From Bugula neritina (Eukaryota > Animalia > Bryozoa), in contig OZ037772.1 of the NCBI GenBank assembly GCA_964035545.1, positions 11,716,818 through 11,780,817 of the forward strand: 64,000 bases of DNA, read 5' to 3'. Shown one piece after another: positions 29,546-44,951 of the stretch (positions are counted from its first letter, which is position 1; the number at the start of each line of letters is the position of its first letter). A program made the translations under genes and the position numbers. Below the pieces are notes generated by a model, which was not told where the DNA came from, made no database searches, and saw nothing but the letters and a program-made list of their open reading frames with translations.

Positions 29546-30907
29546 ATGCCGCTCTTGCTCTCATTATCAAGACGCCGCGTTCATCATCGATGTCATTTGT
29601 ATCAATTACTACGGAAAATTAGCACAGTCAAAGATACAATTTACTCTTTATCATCTGGTATGTCCCAAGCAACTTTATTCTATTATAAATATAAATATCA
29701 GTTTGATTTTATACTTTTGAGAAAACTGTATGCTTGTAGGCCCATCTATACTTAAAACTTAGTCATGTTGCTATTCATTAAATAGCATTAGAATATTAAT
29801 GCTCCAATATGCATCTGTCAACTGACTAATCAAGAACTCTGCTCTACATGCATTTGGCATACAAACCATGTGGAGTTGCTCAATTCTGTATTGAATTGTT
29901 CTACATTGGCTAACATTTCAAAGGTAAAGGTAAATGTGGAGTTGCAGTCATCAGGGTATCTGGTCCATTTACTAAAGACATCATGATGAAAATGGGAGCG
30001 TTTACTCGCCCCCCTAAACCTAGGACAGCTACGCTGAGAACTATTCTAGACAACAAAAGTAAGGAGAGACTTGATTCAGGGCTGATGCTGTGGTTTCCTT
30101 CTCCTCAGAGTTTTACTGGTGAGACTAGGCTTCAATGAATTAGACTAAGCTTCAATAGATTAGACTAAGTTTCAATAGATTAGACTAAGTTTCAATACTG
30201 CCATTGATTATTTGGGCTGTTGATGTCAGATTAGTTGCTACATTCTGTCACAGGAGAGGATTGTCTGGAACTGCACGTACACGGAGGGGTGGCGGTTGTG
30301 TCAGCAGTGCTGACTTCTCTGGGGAAGTTTCCTTCTACTAGACAAGCCGAGCCAGGAGAGTTCACTAAGAGGTCTTTTCTCAATGGTAAGCTGGACATAA
30401 CTGAGGTAAGACTGATGACACCTCAAACAGGTGTCAGCATGTGCTTATTTCTCCTACACTTGTCTCTCGTGTTTAGAGTTATGCCTCCTCTTACTATACT
30501 TGCCTATTGCAATCATCATTTTTGTTTTTCTCTAAATTTTTTCATGATAGTTGAAATTCTTAGACATCTTGGCTATTTGCCTCAATCATCCAGTTGTCAT
30601 GCCCAATTTGTAAGATTAATATTATTTGCTTTCTATACCCTTATTATGCAATTCACGGCATGTCAAACTGTTGACACGTAACGCAGGTGGAGGGTCTTGC
30701 AGACGTCATACATTCTGAGACTGAAGTACAGAGGAAGCAGGCGTACAGACAGATGACTGGAGAGTTGTCTGCTCTTTACAACAATTGGAGGGATATTATG
30801 ATCAGAGTGAGTACGCAGTAGTAGTAGTGGTAGTATTAGTAGTAGTAGTAGTAGCAGCAGCAGCAGTAGTAGTAGTAGTAGTAGTAGTAGCGGTAGTAGT
30901 AGTAGCG

Positions 30908-30950
<43 letters not shown>

Positions 30951-33759
30951 CAGTAGTAGAAGTAATATTAGTAGTAGTATTAGAAGTAGCAGTAGCAGCA
31001 GTAGTGGTAGTAGTAGTAGCAATAGTAGTAGTAATAGAAAAAAATATTGGAAAAAGAAATAATCGTAATTGCAGTGCTAATAATATATAACTGTTGTAAT
31101 AATAATGGTTTGTAGAGTTGTGCTCACGTCGAAGCATACATCGACTTCAGTGAAGAAGAGAATATTGAAGATGATGTCATATCCGCAGTAATGACCTCCA
31201 TAGCTGACCTAATCAGCCAATTGGAAAGCTATCTCACAGATGGTACGTCTGTCTTTACAAGTCAGTCTGATTCTAATACAAATAAAGGGACTGTTAGCTT
31301 CATTAAATGACTCTGTACTGGTTTTAATTTAAGTTTTGAATAACCAGCTAAAATTATTCTAGTTTAAATACTGAGACATATTATCTTCTTTTGGGATATA
31401 ACTACTCATAACTCAAAACTAAATGAAAGTACCAATTGACTAGCTCATCCATTCTGATATTTATGGCTTTTACCAGTAGTTAGCACTTGGAACTGTCGTC
31501 AGTGGTTTATCAGAATTTAAAATGTTGTGAAAATCTCTAACTGGACTGACATAAACTGTAGCAGGTATAGTACCCATGCTGATTATATGCTGCCTGCCAG
31601 CAGCAGAGTATGTGTATATTGACTGGTCATTTCTCTATGCATGTCCACAGGTCGTAGAGGAGAGAGACTACGGGATGGGGTGCATGTCGCTGTCCTCGGA
31701 CGTCCCAACGTTGGTAAAAGTTCCCTCATGAACTACTTGACTAAGAGACCTGTGGCTATAGTATCTGATGTTGAGGGCACCACCCGAGACCTCATTGAGT
31801 CTACTCTAGACATCAATGGTTACCCGGCAGTAGTGGTGGATACAGCTGGCTTAAGGTGAGGCAGGGGCTTAGCTCAACGACAGTGGCATATATTTCTGAA
31901 AAATTGATTGGTTGTAAAAATTTTCAAGTGCGGAATAGCAACCTCCCCAAACTGATGATAATGTGGTGAGATTAAAGTCATATGTTGACGGATGTTGTTG
32001 ATTTGGAGAGGAAGGCTCTTAGTTCCAGAATGTTCCAGATAGTTCTAAAATGTCAAACATAAACTGGTCACATGTCTGCTTAATTGAAACATCACAATTT
32101 AAATATTATATCAGCCCACAATGCTTTGCTTTGAACATACATAATATTATGTTAATGCATTGATTACTCAGTGAATTTATTCAAGGTTGAATTTACCGCA
32201 CAGAATCGAAAATTGGCACCAATTCTCACTGCCATAAATTTTTTCTCCAACATAAACTGTAAATAATGATTACCTGCTGATTGTAAATAGGCAGACAGTT
32301 TAAGGTATCATTTGTCTTTACTCAGTGCTGAAGTCTTACTTAGCTTTCACGCAAATCATTGTGAAACTCAGTTGCAGTAGTAGTGACTTCGTTACTGAAA
32401 TTATTTTCGTGTGACAATTAATTACCTTATCTGTTTGAAATATTGAGAAATCTGCTCTTTCCTTATTGCGTTGCTCCATCTATAGTTGCTAAGATACTCA
32501 TAAACACTGTGTATTCCACAGAGAGACTGGTGACAAGGTAGAGAAGGAGGGAGTGGCGAGAGCTATATCTAGGTCAGGGCTGTGTGACCTACTTATTATT
32601 ATGGTAGATGTAAGTGAGGACAACTCCTCGGATAGTGTCCCCACCCTCATCAGTCAACAAGTTCATCAGCTTCTAGACCAACACTTCCAGGTGAGTCTCA
32701 ATTTCTTTATTTGCTGGTATTTTGCTCTACTCTGCCACTTGGCCTGAAGCCAACTGCTTATTTGACAATCAAAAGTGTTCCGATTATTTTTAATTTTTTT
32801 CAAAAGTGTCAGAGTATAGATCAGATAGATGCTCTTAAAATAATAACCCATTCCTAGTCTGAAGAATAACATTATCATAGTTTTTCTCATTCCACATGCA
32901 CTAGTGCACAATGTAGTTTATGTTGATTGATTGTTGCCTTATTCATAACAGAGGGGAGTTGTGGCACCTTCTTAGTAGATTATACTGGCTTCTTCAGGGG
33001 TGTTTATCTACCTTTGCTGCCACTATGGCAAAAGAGATTTATAATTTATAATTTCTTTCTAGTTGGTGAAATTCTAACAAGTTTGTATATTACGTTTTAA
33101 CTGACTTACTCTAACTTTTAGCTTTCATAATTTCTATTTTCAAGTTGAGACAACTCTAGTCTTATTGTTGGCTCCATAAATTACTATCATGTATATTGTT
33201 TTAGGCTGAGAGAGATTTAAAAGACAAGTCCCTGCTCATTGTGGTGAATAAAGTAGATAAACTTGACTCACCCACATTTCAGTTTCTTACATGTCAAACT
33301 CATCGACCTGAGGCTAAGTTTGAGTCCCAAAACATGAGCCTCAGTGACTCTTCTGTCAAAGGGAGGACAACTTCTTCTAGCAGTCTACAAGATGTGGACT
33401 CTACGCAGTCAGGTATACTGAAGGTAGACGTGTTGGGCAGTCTAGTGCCTGTAGTGTTCACATCTCTGACTCATAGCATCGGATTACATCTCTTCCTGGA
33501 TGAGTTGACCCGATTACTGGCGGCTCTCTGCGCCGACCCGACCTCCGAGTGTCTGTCAGTCACTCAGGCTAGACACAGAACGCACCTAGACAACTGTTTG
33601 GAGTTTTTACGGGAGGCAGTGGAGTCCCTCGATACTGACGTGGTTGTAGCAGCCGAGAACCTTAGGCTAGCGTCTGTAGAAATCGGCAGAATTACTGGCA
33701 GAATATCAACTGAAGACATCCTGGATGTTATATTCAAAGAGTTTTGTATTGGTAAATGA
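29546..33759 (+). CDS. GTPBP3: Mitochondrial tRNA modification GTPase (MnmE/TrmE family), 8 exons
   Basis: Exons ~29546-29657, 29924-30118, 30253-30405, 30687-30806, 31116-31242, 31651-31856, 32522-32690, 33205-33759. Motifs [76 protein letters not shown] and terminal FCIGK; basic N-terminal targeting-like peptide. Confidence 0.95.
30818..31035. repeat. (GTA/GCA)n microsatellite in a GTPBP3 intron
   Basis: Direct reading. Confidence 0.95.
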
Positions 33760-34798
33760 CAATCACTGTGGTACTATATGACAGGTATATTGTAGTATTG
33801 TGTGACATTATTATATTGTATAGTGTATATTTTGTAATGTAATGTAAGTTTCTTGTGTATAGTTTATTCTATATATTGTATAGTTTCTATGCTTTATGCC
33901 AAATGCCCTTGCCCTATTATGGGTACATTTCATATTATATTTATACTGAATGGGTATAAATATAGTTTATGCTGTATAGTATTGTATATATTGTGTGATT
34001 TATTGAGTATAGTTTATATTGTATAATGTATAATGTATTGTATAGAATAAAATGTGTTATCCTTAGAATTACTTCACTGTAGCAATTTCTAGTTGTTGGT
34101 TGAATAATGTTGCCCGTGTTGGTTCACTACAATCTATACACCTCGAACGTAGTTTATATTTTATGGTTTATTTTTGTAAGCAAAACAGCAACACAGCTTA
34201 AATATACAGTGACTTGCCTATGTAAGATTTGTACAGAATATATACTATAATATTACTCAGGAAAACAAAATTCATTCAAAGCAGTAAATTTGGTTATAAA
34301 TAACATAAAACTGGCAACAATTAAACTAGAATGAGAGGAAAATACTGTAATAATGATGGTTTATATTTTACTAATAATTTACTATATATATGGTGTTAGC
34401 AGGTCAGTATGTAACACAGATACCAGTTTCAAATGATCTATAAGCAGGTCACATGCTATATGGATTGCAGTTAGTATATTGGTATTATATATAGAATACA
34501 GTTTCTGTAAAACAAATTATTCTATAAATTTATTTATTATTTAGCTCCATATCCACAGGTGCCTTACCCATTTACCTTTCAAATTCCCAGTAGCTGGGTA
34601 GTTAAAAACTGCATAGTGGTGAGGTTTAATAATATTGTTATAGCAAGATACAACGACTTTCATACTTTGTGGAATTTTACAAAGGAAATCTATCTTTAAA
34701 CTGGCAGACATTAACAAGTGACTATTACTGTAATATTAGGTTAACTAGTTCAGTTTGTCAAGATTTTTCAATTGTCTTAGTCTTAGCTCCTCTTCTGT

Positions 34799-37700
34799 TT
34801 AAAGATCTCTAGGTGACGGTAGCTCATCAATACTTTTGGACCTGTAGGCTATGAACCTGTCCCAGACAGAGCAGATAACTTCAGCTGCCGTGAGGTCATT
34901 CACCTGCTGCGCCAACATTCTGAAAAGACATTAAGAAATTTATTATATGCAAATTTTTATATAGCTTTTACATACGTATAATATTGCAATGCATTGAACA
35001 TACACTACAGTGTGTGCTAGTGACATAATGTTACACACTACAGTATGTGCTATAGACATAATGTTAAACACTACAGTACGTGCTATAGACATAATGTTAC
35101 ACACTACAGTACGTGCTATAGACATAATGTTACACACTACAGTATGTGCTATAGACATAATGTTACACACTACAGTACGTGCTATAGACATAATGTTACA
35201 CACTACAGTATGTGCTATAGACATAATGTTAAACACTACAGTATGTGCTATAGACATAATGTTACACACTACAGTATGTGCTATAGACATAATGTTACAC
35301 ACTACAGTACGTGCTATAGACATAATGTTATACACTACAGTATGTGTTATAGACATAATGTTACACACTACAGTATGTGCTATAGACATAATATTATACA
35401 CTACAGTGTGTGCTATTGACATAATGCTACACACTACAGTGTGTGCTATTGACATAATGTTACACACTACAGTGTGTGCTATAGACAGTACCACAACAGG
35501 CTACAAATTGCTGGCTTTATATATAAAACAGGGTAGCCTATTGGTTTGTCGCATTAATAGGCTATACATTCTCTTTTATAGCAGTTCTTTAATTGGTTAG
35601 TGCCTGAACTATTATTCTTAATGGTACCAACATCTTATAGCTTATAGCACTGTATTGTATATAGTTCATACTATATTGTGTATAGTTTATACTGTATTGT
35701 GTATAGTTTATACTGTATTGTGTATAGTTTATAATGTATTGTGTATAGCTTATACTGTATAGTGCATAGTACAGTATAGTCTAATTAAAAAAAATGCTGA
35801 ATTTATAACAACATAAAATTGCTGACTTTAACTGAAAAGGGAAACTGGTGGTGAAGCACAATAGGTGCTGACGCAGTAGCTGTTCCTTTCAACAACAAGC
35901 AATGCTCCTGTTGGCAGCACACAACACATGTTATTGTGGCCAGACCCTGCTACTGACTATTTATCTCTTGCTGACACTTGTTTATCTATTCATCAGTCAT
36001 CACTAGACTGCCATTAGCTTGGCTTCCTAATACTTCTGATTAGGGAAGGGCTAACCACCCTTACATAACCACAAATACTTGTTATGGATTTTAACTAAAT
36101 ATATATGTTAGGCCAGTTTGCGGACTTCTGTAAAACCTCCAACTATTTAATGTCATAACAAATCTTCAGCTCATCATTGTCAGGTACAGTCGTGGGAATT
36201 TACTCCATCAGCTGGTAGTTTACTCAGTTATATAATTTAATGATAATTCCAGGCTAGATTGAAGCCTGCTGCTGAAGACTTCACACGGCCTGGGGCTGAG
36301 AATACAGGATTTGGCTGACAGTACATTAGTTTTTAACAGATTTTAATGACTGGAAATAAATGTAGTCTTTTAAAATACTAAGCATGTACATTATATGCTT
36401 GAATTCTGCAGTTACATGCACTATACTAGTTGCAATCAATTAGATTGTTTATAGAGCATTTGAAGGATAGTAAAACATGCAGTAAACTGAAATCTCATTT
36501 ATAGAGCTGGTTAAATTTAGAACCCTAATTTTGGTAAAATTTAGGAGTTTTGGTGAACCTATGAGACAGCTGACAGATGTCCTAAATCAGTGGCAGCATC
36601 ACACAAACACTTTTTTCTCTGTTTTGATAGTTGCTGGGGAATTATAGTTGCCTTTACAGCTCTATAGCTGGTGAACACCTCAAACTTGCAGTTGGGACTG
36701 CAAACTAGGCAAGTCATTAGTGTTTGAAAATGCAATTCAATAGAAAAGCAGCACAAGTCTGAGTTTTATCCTCTGTTAATTTATACATAATCTGGGGCAT
36801 TAAGCTCCGCCTTCTTTTTGCAACTCCTCCAGCTATATGCACTGCTTTAAGCACAAGTAAGACTTAAATATGATTGCTTGAAGTAAAAACTATATAATAT
36901 GATGCATTATATAAAGTGCAGTCCATGCCTTTTACCGGAATACTATTTTGTACTGTGAAAGTACATATATAGTTAGGAGGAGGTATTATTTTAGCCTGTG
37001 GCCCTCACCTCATGACAAACACCCCATCACTTCTAAGGTATCTGTTGGTGAACTCCTTAACCAGTTGTCTCTCCTTATCAGAGGCTCCATTCAGTCTGTT
37101 CATCAGCTTCAAATACTTTCCAATGAATCTGAAAGAATTTACTGTAGAACTTTAGTAAAATACAATAATGTATTATATAATAGAATATTATGTAATGTAC
37201 TGCAATACAACATAATGCAGTACAACATAATGCAATACAACACAATACAATACAATATAATGCACTACAATGCTCTACAATGCAATATATCATGTGATAA
37301 CACAGTGTGATACATGTTTACTGAACTACACCTATGAGGATCCTTACCTGTTGTTGCTGTTGGGGAGGAGAGTGACGCACCAAACTAGGAAGCCAAGTAC
37401 AGAGAGAGCGGCTACCATTACCAACCACCACCAGAGGAAGATGTAAATCTTCTCGTTGAACAGGTTGTAGGGGAGGACACACTGCACTGTGAAGTTGTGG
37501 ATGTTAGAGCCCATCCTTCTGATCTGCAAGGAAAAGAATAAGGCAGCGTGCTTGGTGAAAACTGACACAGCAGAAAATCAATCTTCTATAGTGAGAAATT
37601 CAACTCACAAGTATTTGAAAACTTAAAAAGTTGGGATATCAAGTTAATTCCAAATTACTGCTCTTGAATGCTAAGGTCACTGCTGAAATACTATCTATAA

Positions 37701-40700
37701 AAATATTTAACTCAATATCTTGAGCAACACTTAGGACGACGCTGTGTTGTGTCAACTAAAATGCATCCACTGATAAGCTATGCACATTGTGTCAACTCAG
37801 TATTTCAAGATCAAGCATATTAAACTGGCTAAAACAATTATGGATTATAAATTATTAATTTAGTTCCACACATTTTCAGCTATTAGAGTCAGTTTCTAAA
37901 AGCTTTTTGTTAAAGCACAATGTTCTGACACCTTTACTAACAGGTGATGACACCCTACTGCATGCATGCTCTGACACCCTGATAACAATAGTTTTTGATG
38001 GAAAGTTGGTTATATTAAAGATGGATTTGAAATAATGATAAAACATGACATAACATAATACAATACCATATACTATAATAGAATATAATATGATATAATT
38101 TATACTATAATCATATAATATGGTGCAGTAAAATATTATATAATCTGCTGTAATAGTATAATATATAGCAATAAAATATAATATAATATAAAATAATCTA
38201 TTATAGTAAAATATAATATAATATAATATAAAATAATCTAATATAGTAAAATATAATATAATATAATATAGAATAATCTAATATAGTATAATATAAAATA
38301 ATATAATAATATAATATAGAATAATAATATAATATAGAATAATAATATAATATAAAATAATAATATAATATAATATAATATAATATAAAATAATAATATA
38401 GTTTGCATACCTGAAAGTCACAGAGGGTTACTCTGGGGAAGAAGGGTGAAGCCTCCCATCCTTTGTTATTCATAAGGTCTTTGATAACTTGTACACCGTA
38501 CATGTGGTAACCTGGAAACCAGGAGACTATGTAGGGACAACGCTAACATTATCTTGTATGGAACTGTTATATAAATTTATGCTTACATGCACTCACTTTG
38601 GTATATACATAAATAGATGAGATGGGAATCAGCTTAATTAGGATCTAACAATAGATATAAATATAGCTTTGTGGTTTTGTGTTTTTCCAATTCTAAATGG
38701 GTTTTCCAAAGGGTTTGAAATAGTATTTTTTGCTTTATTAATTAGTTTCCCTGATGAACAGGATTTAGTACTTCTAAATTGACCCATAGATATGGCCATC
38801 CAATGTATTAGCATGTATTAAAGTTTTACCCAATGTGTGCCTTGAAAACATTGAGTCTTGGAAATTAGGGTTAATTTAAATAACTAAATTTAAATATAAA
38901 TTGTCTAATGTAATTTTTACAAAAGTTGTATATGAAAGAACTATTACAAGTGATAACAGATGTGGCAAATTTAGTTAATTTTCTGGCATTGCATTATCAA
39001 AACTACCACGTACTGTTTGAGACCATGCATCAACTTTAAAGGTTAGGAAATCATTCTAGTATTTGTTTAAGCCCATTCTGTTCTAATCTGGTAGTAATTA
39101 AATAATATGATATAATTTAAAACATATTCTTTTACATGATGAAATAGTAGCTCCTATTATTACAGTTTTCGCTTTTTAGGAATAATCAATTTTTGAATCA
39201 AAATAGGTTTTTAACTTGCTAAGTTAGCAACAGTCTTTGGTTCAATCAGTTATATTGATTAGAAATAGAGGCAATATTGGCTTGAATAGCTTACTAGTTT
39301 ATAGACAGAAATCGAGAAATAATTCATTCCCAAAGATGATGCATTGATTTTTATTTGAGAGTTTTTTTTTAACTTTAGTCAGATTTATATAAATTGTAAG
39401 AATTCACACACATTGTGATAGTGCAAAGGTAAATACAAACCAAAAGTATAATGATAAGTCAAAAGCCTATACTTTATTTCACCATTATTACGGTATGTAC
39501 ACGTACTATAGATTATTCGTACCGAGATCTATACAAACCTGCACATAATGTACTTACACTTTGTATAGTATAACACTTACCTTGTCCAATGACATAGTTG
39601 AGAGCGTACAGCTGGAATAGGGCCATCCCAATGTAGCAGATCTTTGTGATCATGTAGAGGATAAACAAGTAGTTCCCGTACCGCTTCCCCGGCATACAGC
39701 ACTTCTCTGAAGCTGCCTGTCTGAACCTGGCCAGCCCGGAGTTCCGATATTCCCTCCTATAACCTGAAAGTGAAAGACTGGTGTTGTTCACAAGTACTAG
39801 TAAAAGTTATTTGAAAATTTGGAAATCTATTTTATTGAATAAATTATGAAATTAACACAAACCAACACTGCATAGTGCATCAGCTTAGACCTGAGTTCTT
39901 ATTATAGATGTGGGAGAGTATAAGACTTATAAGAAAAGTTGAAATAGTATTTCTGAGATCACAGGCTTTTTAGGCTTAGACCGAGTTCTTATAAATAAAC
40001 ACCACATGGCTATATTTAGATCACAGGCTTTTTAGGCTTATAGACTGGGTTCTTATAAGTAAAAACCACATGGCTCTTTAGATCCAATGATTGTCTTATG
40101 AAAATGCACAGCTGAAGTGGTCAAGCATTCAGTTGGGTTTTTTACATTATTTTGAATCAGTTGAACTAATATTCTGAATTATTATATTCATTTCTAAATA
40201 TATACACTCAGTACTATTGCAGTTAGTTTTTTCTCTCATACTTTGGCAACTTTGCAATCTTTTATCTTTTTGCAGTTACACCATCCAAAAGAAGCAAAGC
40301 TGTTTATTATGAACTGTATTATAGTAGCATAGTAGTATAGTAACATTGCTTATTTTGCAAAGTTGTGGCTACGCAGGAAGTTATCTTACCTTACAGATTG
40401 CTTATATAACAACAACCCTTATTTACATTTATTTGTATGAATCATATATACTAAAATGTTCTAAATCAGCAGCAAACACCCAACTTCTGTTTTATAGTAT
40501 TTTTGAGTTGGTAGATTTGCAGTCAAAAATTACTAGCCTATGAAACCTACAAATTTTATTGCATGCTACAGCCTATTCTCTCTGGGCTATATAAATTATA
40601 GAGACTAAGGCTATGTTGCTGATTATGACACTAATGGGAGGGGGACTTTCTGAGCACCCTAACATTTATGTCAGAGTATAATAACAGCACTGCACTATAC

Positions 40701-43259
40701 TCACTGAGCAGTCTGTCCAGATGGCTGGTGATGTAAGCTATGGATCCATCTCTCTTTGCTGGGTCCAGATTCTCTCCTTTGTTACAGACACTCACTATGT
40801 GGTGGATATCATAGCCAGCCGTTGCAGAAAACACCTAGAAATATAGATCTTAGGTTATTCAATTCAACCTAATACTGTTTGTTACTGTTTGTTACTGTTT
40901 GTTACTGTTTGTTACTGTTTGTTACTGTTTGTTACTGTTTGTTACTGTTTGTTACTGTTTGTTACTGTTTGAATGGATTTTCTCTTAATTGAAATGTTCA
41001 ATACACATAAAAAGATGCATACTATAGTATGTTACATTATATTATTATGTCATATCATATTATGCCATAACATGGTATACCATATATTGTAGTATATTAT
41101 AGAATATTATATTTTATTATATTACAGAATATTATATTATATTATATTATATTATACTATAACTGGGATAACAAATGGGATAACTATTTCTATATCGCCT
41201 TGGTTCTAGTATATGTATAACAGTTTTGCCATTGTTGCAGCATCAAAAAACACAGGCCTACCCTAGACTTATAGCCAAACTCAAAGTCCTTTATGGGTTG
41301 CACTGTTGCAGATTCACCTACAGCTACTGCTACAAGCATTACAGCTTTCTACTGCTTTCAGCATGTGTTATATAACATTTTAATGAGCCTTTAATTACTT
41401 TGGACCCTCTGCACTGAGTAGAAAATAATGACTTACTTTCCATAGAAGACCTGGTAATGTGAATAGAAATGCCTGGAAAGCTAAGATGATTGGAGTCCAT
41501 TGATAGTAGGTAAGTTCTAGTCCTAAAAGGTGACACAATATCTATATATAGTGAGTTACCATGTAGAGCCAATATAAACTGCACTAAACATACAATGATG
41601 TCTCCCATACTTCTCCCAAGACCTCTTCATGCACCAATCACTGCATGTATATTAGTGTAAGGCAGCATTGATGTCTAGACGTCATGGAATACTAAGTTAT
41701 GTATATTTTGTGGGCTACTGGTGTTGACTCAGCTGACCACATGGAAACATCCTGAAGCTTCTGGAATATTCCTCCAGTGCCAGGATGTCTGCCTAATTAC
41801 TATACCAGATGTAGACTGCATATTAGTAATAACATTGCATAGTTTAGCAACCCAGATGGTTTTAGTATGTGAATATATAGAACATAAATTAAAAAGGCAC
41901 AATTTTATTGATAGCAAAACAGCTAAAATATTTCCTCACATTTTGAATTTCAAAACTATGAGCAAAAACTTAGCAGTAAAAATGCTCTATGAATGAAACT
42001 TGGCAATTTTAAATATTTTAAATGTAAAATATTTTTTCACTTAAAACAGACAAAATTACTACATATCTTAATGATTTGACTTCTTGATATAATATACTTC
42101 CGTCAGTACCCTTTTATTTGGAAATACTAAAGTAAGTAGGTGATAAATAATATACTGTAGCCTACATGATGATGCATTGGTGGTGGTGTATATGGGCTTA
42201 TATACAGGATAATGAATATATGTATAATCTGAGTCATGAATATTAATATTAGTCATGCTGCTTTCCACCTTCAAATACTATATTCATTATATAATGAGAT
42301 TACAGTGAAGGACTGCATCATTATACTTTGCATTACTATAACAATTATTATTAAATACATATGTTTTAGTAAAAGTATATTAACCTAAAATCAAATAATT
42401 GTTGTAACTTTTATTTGCTAATAATTACTAACTTGTAGACAAGTGTGATATTGTTACAGGATAAGTTAGCCAAAGTTCTACGTTACCTTTGCGTTGGCTG
42501 TGTTGGGGAATGTTCTGTGTTGTGGGTACATAGTACGTGTTCTTCACCCAACATACCTGGTCCGTGTACTTGAACCATTGAGGCGTGAACTCTCCCGGGG
42601 TGAAGCAATCAATCGGGTCTCCAATATATTGACCTGAACGGAAAAATAATATAATATAATACAATACATAATATAATGTAATATAGCAATATATAATTCA
42701 ATATAATATAAAAAATAAATATAAAATAAATAATATAAAAATAAATATAGTATATAGTATAAATATCTTACATAATATTTAATATAATTCAACACAATAT
42801 AATGAGATAATATATGTACATGCAATCAAGCACAGCTGATTCTATCAATCATTTTCTCCAAGTTGCAGTTTAGAAAAGGTTAAAAGTTGTGTGCCGTAAT
42901 AATTGCAGTTTCTTTCTATTTTTTTCTGAAAAGCGGCCTTTTAGTTTTACGATCAGCATAATGGTAGCCTAATTATAATATTTCTTAAAAAGTAAACTAG
43001 TGAGAAATACAAATTAAAATAATTGCATTTCTCTCATAGCTCTATTATCTGCTTAAGAACTTTCGATTTTTTACTATTTGACTTTTCATAGGGGGGGGGG
43101 GGGGTGTCCAAAGACTATATACTTACCTCCAGACACTAGGAAAGCAAAGACTATACAAACAGCCACGCTGTATCTAGATGACAATCTATCGTATGTATCG
43201 TCATCCCCTCTTTTCATCAAACTAATCCCATCTTGAATCGCCTTCGCAAACCCCGACAT
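34799..43259 (-). CDS. inx: Innexin (invertebrate gap-junction protein), ~9 exons
   Basis: Exons include 43259-43127 (DDDTYDRLSSRYS), 42633-42487 (QYIGDPIDCFTPGEF..YTDQVCWVKNTY), 41522-41437 (signature YYQW), ~39762-39581 (GKRYGNYLFILY), ~38511-38411 (FPRVTLCDF), ~37524-37348 (QCVLPYNLFNEKIYIFLWWW), ~37128-37008 (YLRSDGVFVM) and a last exon ~34919-34799. Confidence 0.93.
35001..35487. repeat. 33-bp minisatellite (~14-15 copies) in an innexin intron
   Basis: Unit ACACTACAGTATGTGCTATAGACATAATGTTAC. Confidence 0.95.
40876..40971. repeat. (TGTTTGTTAC)n 10-bp tandem repeat
   Basis: Direct reading. Confidence 0.95.
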
Positions 43260-44951
43260 TTTCTCTTTCAAGTCCTCAGATCCAGTCCAGTTTCATGTAG
43301 ACATGTAAAGAGAAATGTCATACAGTTACCTGAGTCTGCAATAGACAGAATGTCAGCTTAGTAAAGGGATGCTGTCTGCTCTAAAGATATGATTGGCTAG
43401 TTGAAAAGCATTGTCCAATCACGTGCGACATGTCACTCGTATCTTTGTTTATTAATAAACTAAGAAGGAATGTGCCTTCGTTATTTAAACTGTCGTTAGG
43501 TCTGCCCTGCGTTCTCTCACCTGCCAACCGTGTCACATGACCTTGGTTGCTGTCCAGAGGACTAACCTGCCCTAGCTTGTCACATATCTAGTCAGCAATA
43601 GCATAGTACTTTGTACTTTATACTGTTTAGAGCCACATATAGTTCATTCGAATCCTCCAGCCAAGGAAACCTTCACTGCTAAAGAACTTTGCTTATATTG
43701 AAATTCTTTCATTTGTCCAACTGCATGGTGCCTGTTTTTCCTTACATTAAACTACAATAATGAGTCCACTATTTTATTTTTGGCAAACCTTGAAAACTAC
43801 AAGAGGTCAAAGTTCAACAAAATGCTGTTGTATAATTATTATTAGAAAGCTTATGATAATTAAATAAGCCTAACTGAATGAGAATATTTCAAATGCATGA
43901 CTAATATGAAAAAGTGAAAGAGCAATTGTTTTTAATATTTGTCCTTCACTTTAAAGCTGACTATTATATACCAAATGTAGTGTTGTGATGATTCCCCAGT
44001 AACCCCCCCCCCCCCCTTCTCCATAGTGATAAGGTACATGAGTTAGCATGTTAGCTTACAAGTTGCAGGCCTGAAGTATGTGTAGTTTGGAACATACCAA
44101 ACAGCTGATATAGGGTCAGGATATGTGTGCACCTGAATATACATACGCTGTTCAGTGTGCTCTGTGGAACCAGCAGTGTATATAAAGCAGCCACTTGTTT
44201 ATATAATACATGTACGTTGTGTAAACAGGTACATAGCAGCAAGAGCTGGTGCATGTGGCAGCATATAGAGTGTTGACGCTGCTGAAACACCTGCAGGTGG
44301 CACAGCTTTGAATTAACCATGTAGTAAAGTTACAAACTTATTAGCTATATATGGCATAAGTTTTTTATTTAATACTATATGATTTGAATGAAAAGTTAAT
44401 AAGATTCAACACTCATATATACCTTGCAACAAAGTATCTTCTATAGTCTATTCAATTAATCCTGGCTCGTTGTTTCAAGTTTATACAAATTTATAGCTAT
44501 AACTTAAGAGTTGCGTGAAATTGTTGAAAACTTGAAATTGCAGTAAATTATAGGTTACACAGTAACTTAGCAAGTTTAGCAAAACTTCTGAGAGAAGATA
44601 ACTTTTGAATATATATTTTAATTCCTTGGATGCGTTATTGTCAAGCAAATTTAAATAATCTTTTGATTTCACCAGCAATAAGAATACTAAAGGTGTGTTA
44701 AAGAATGCACTCCATTGCCAAAAAGATGAAAACAAAGCCTGCTGCATGAGTCTTAGGATGTTTTAGAAGTCATTGTCGATATGACATAGTTATCATTTGC
44801 CACAAACTTTAGACATCAGTGGCAGTATGACAAGCAGTTATCACCTGCAACTAACACCAGAGCTAGCAAATGATGGGAGCAACCAGGTGTTGATAAGCTA
44901 TTTGCTTTCTTTACAAGTTCCTTTTCAAATCCTAACTAAAACTCTGCAAAT

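Noticed and set aside
30663-31137. Poly-L, poly-V and poly-T ORFs
   Set aside because: Translations of a (GTA)n microsatellite.
34943-35600. Repetitive 124-196 aa ORFs on both strands
   Set aside because: Produced by a stop-free 33-bp intronic minisatellite.
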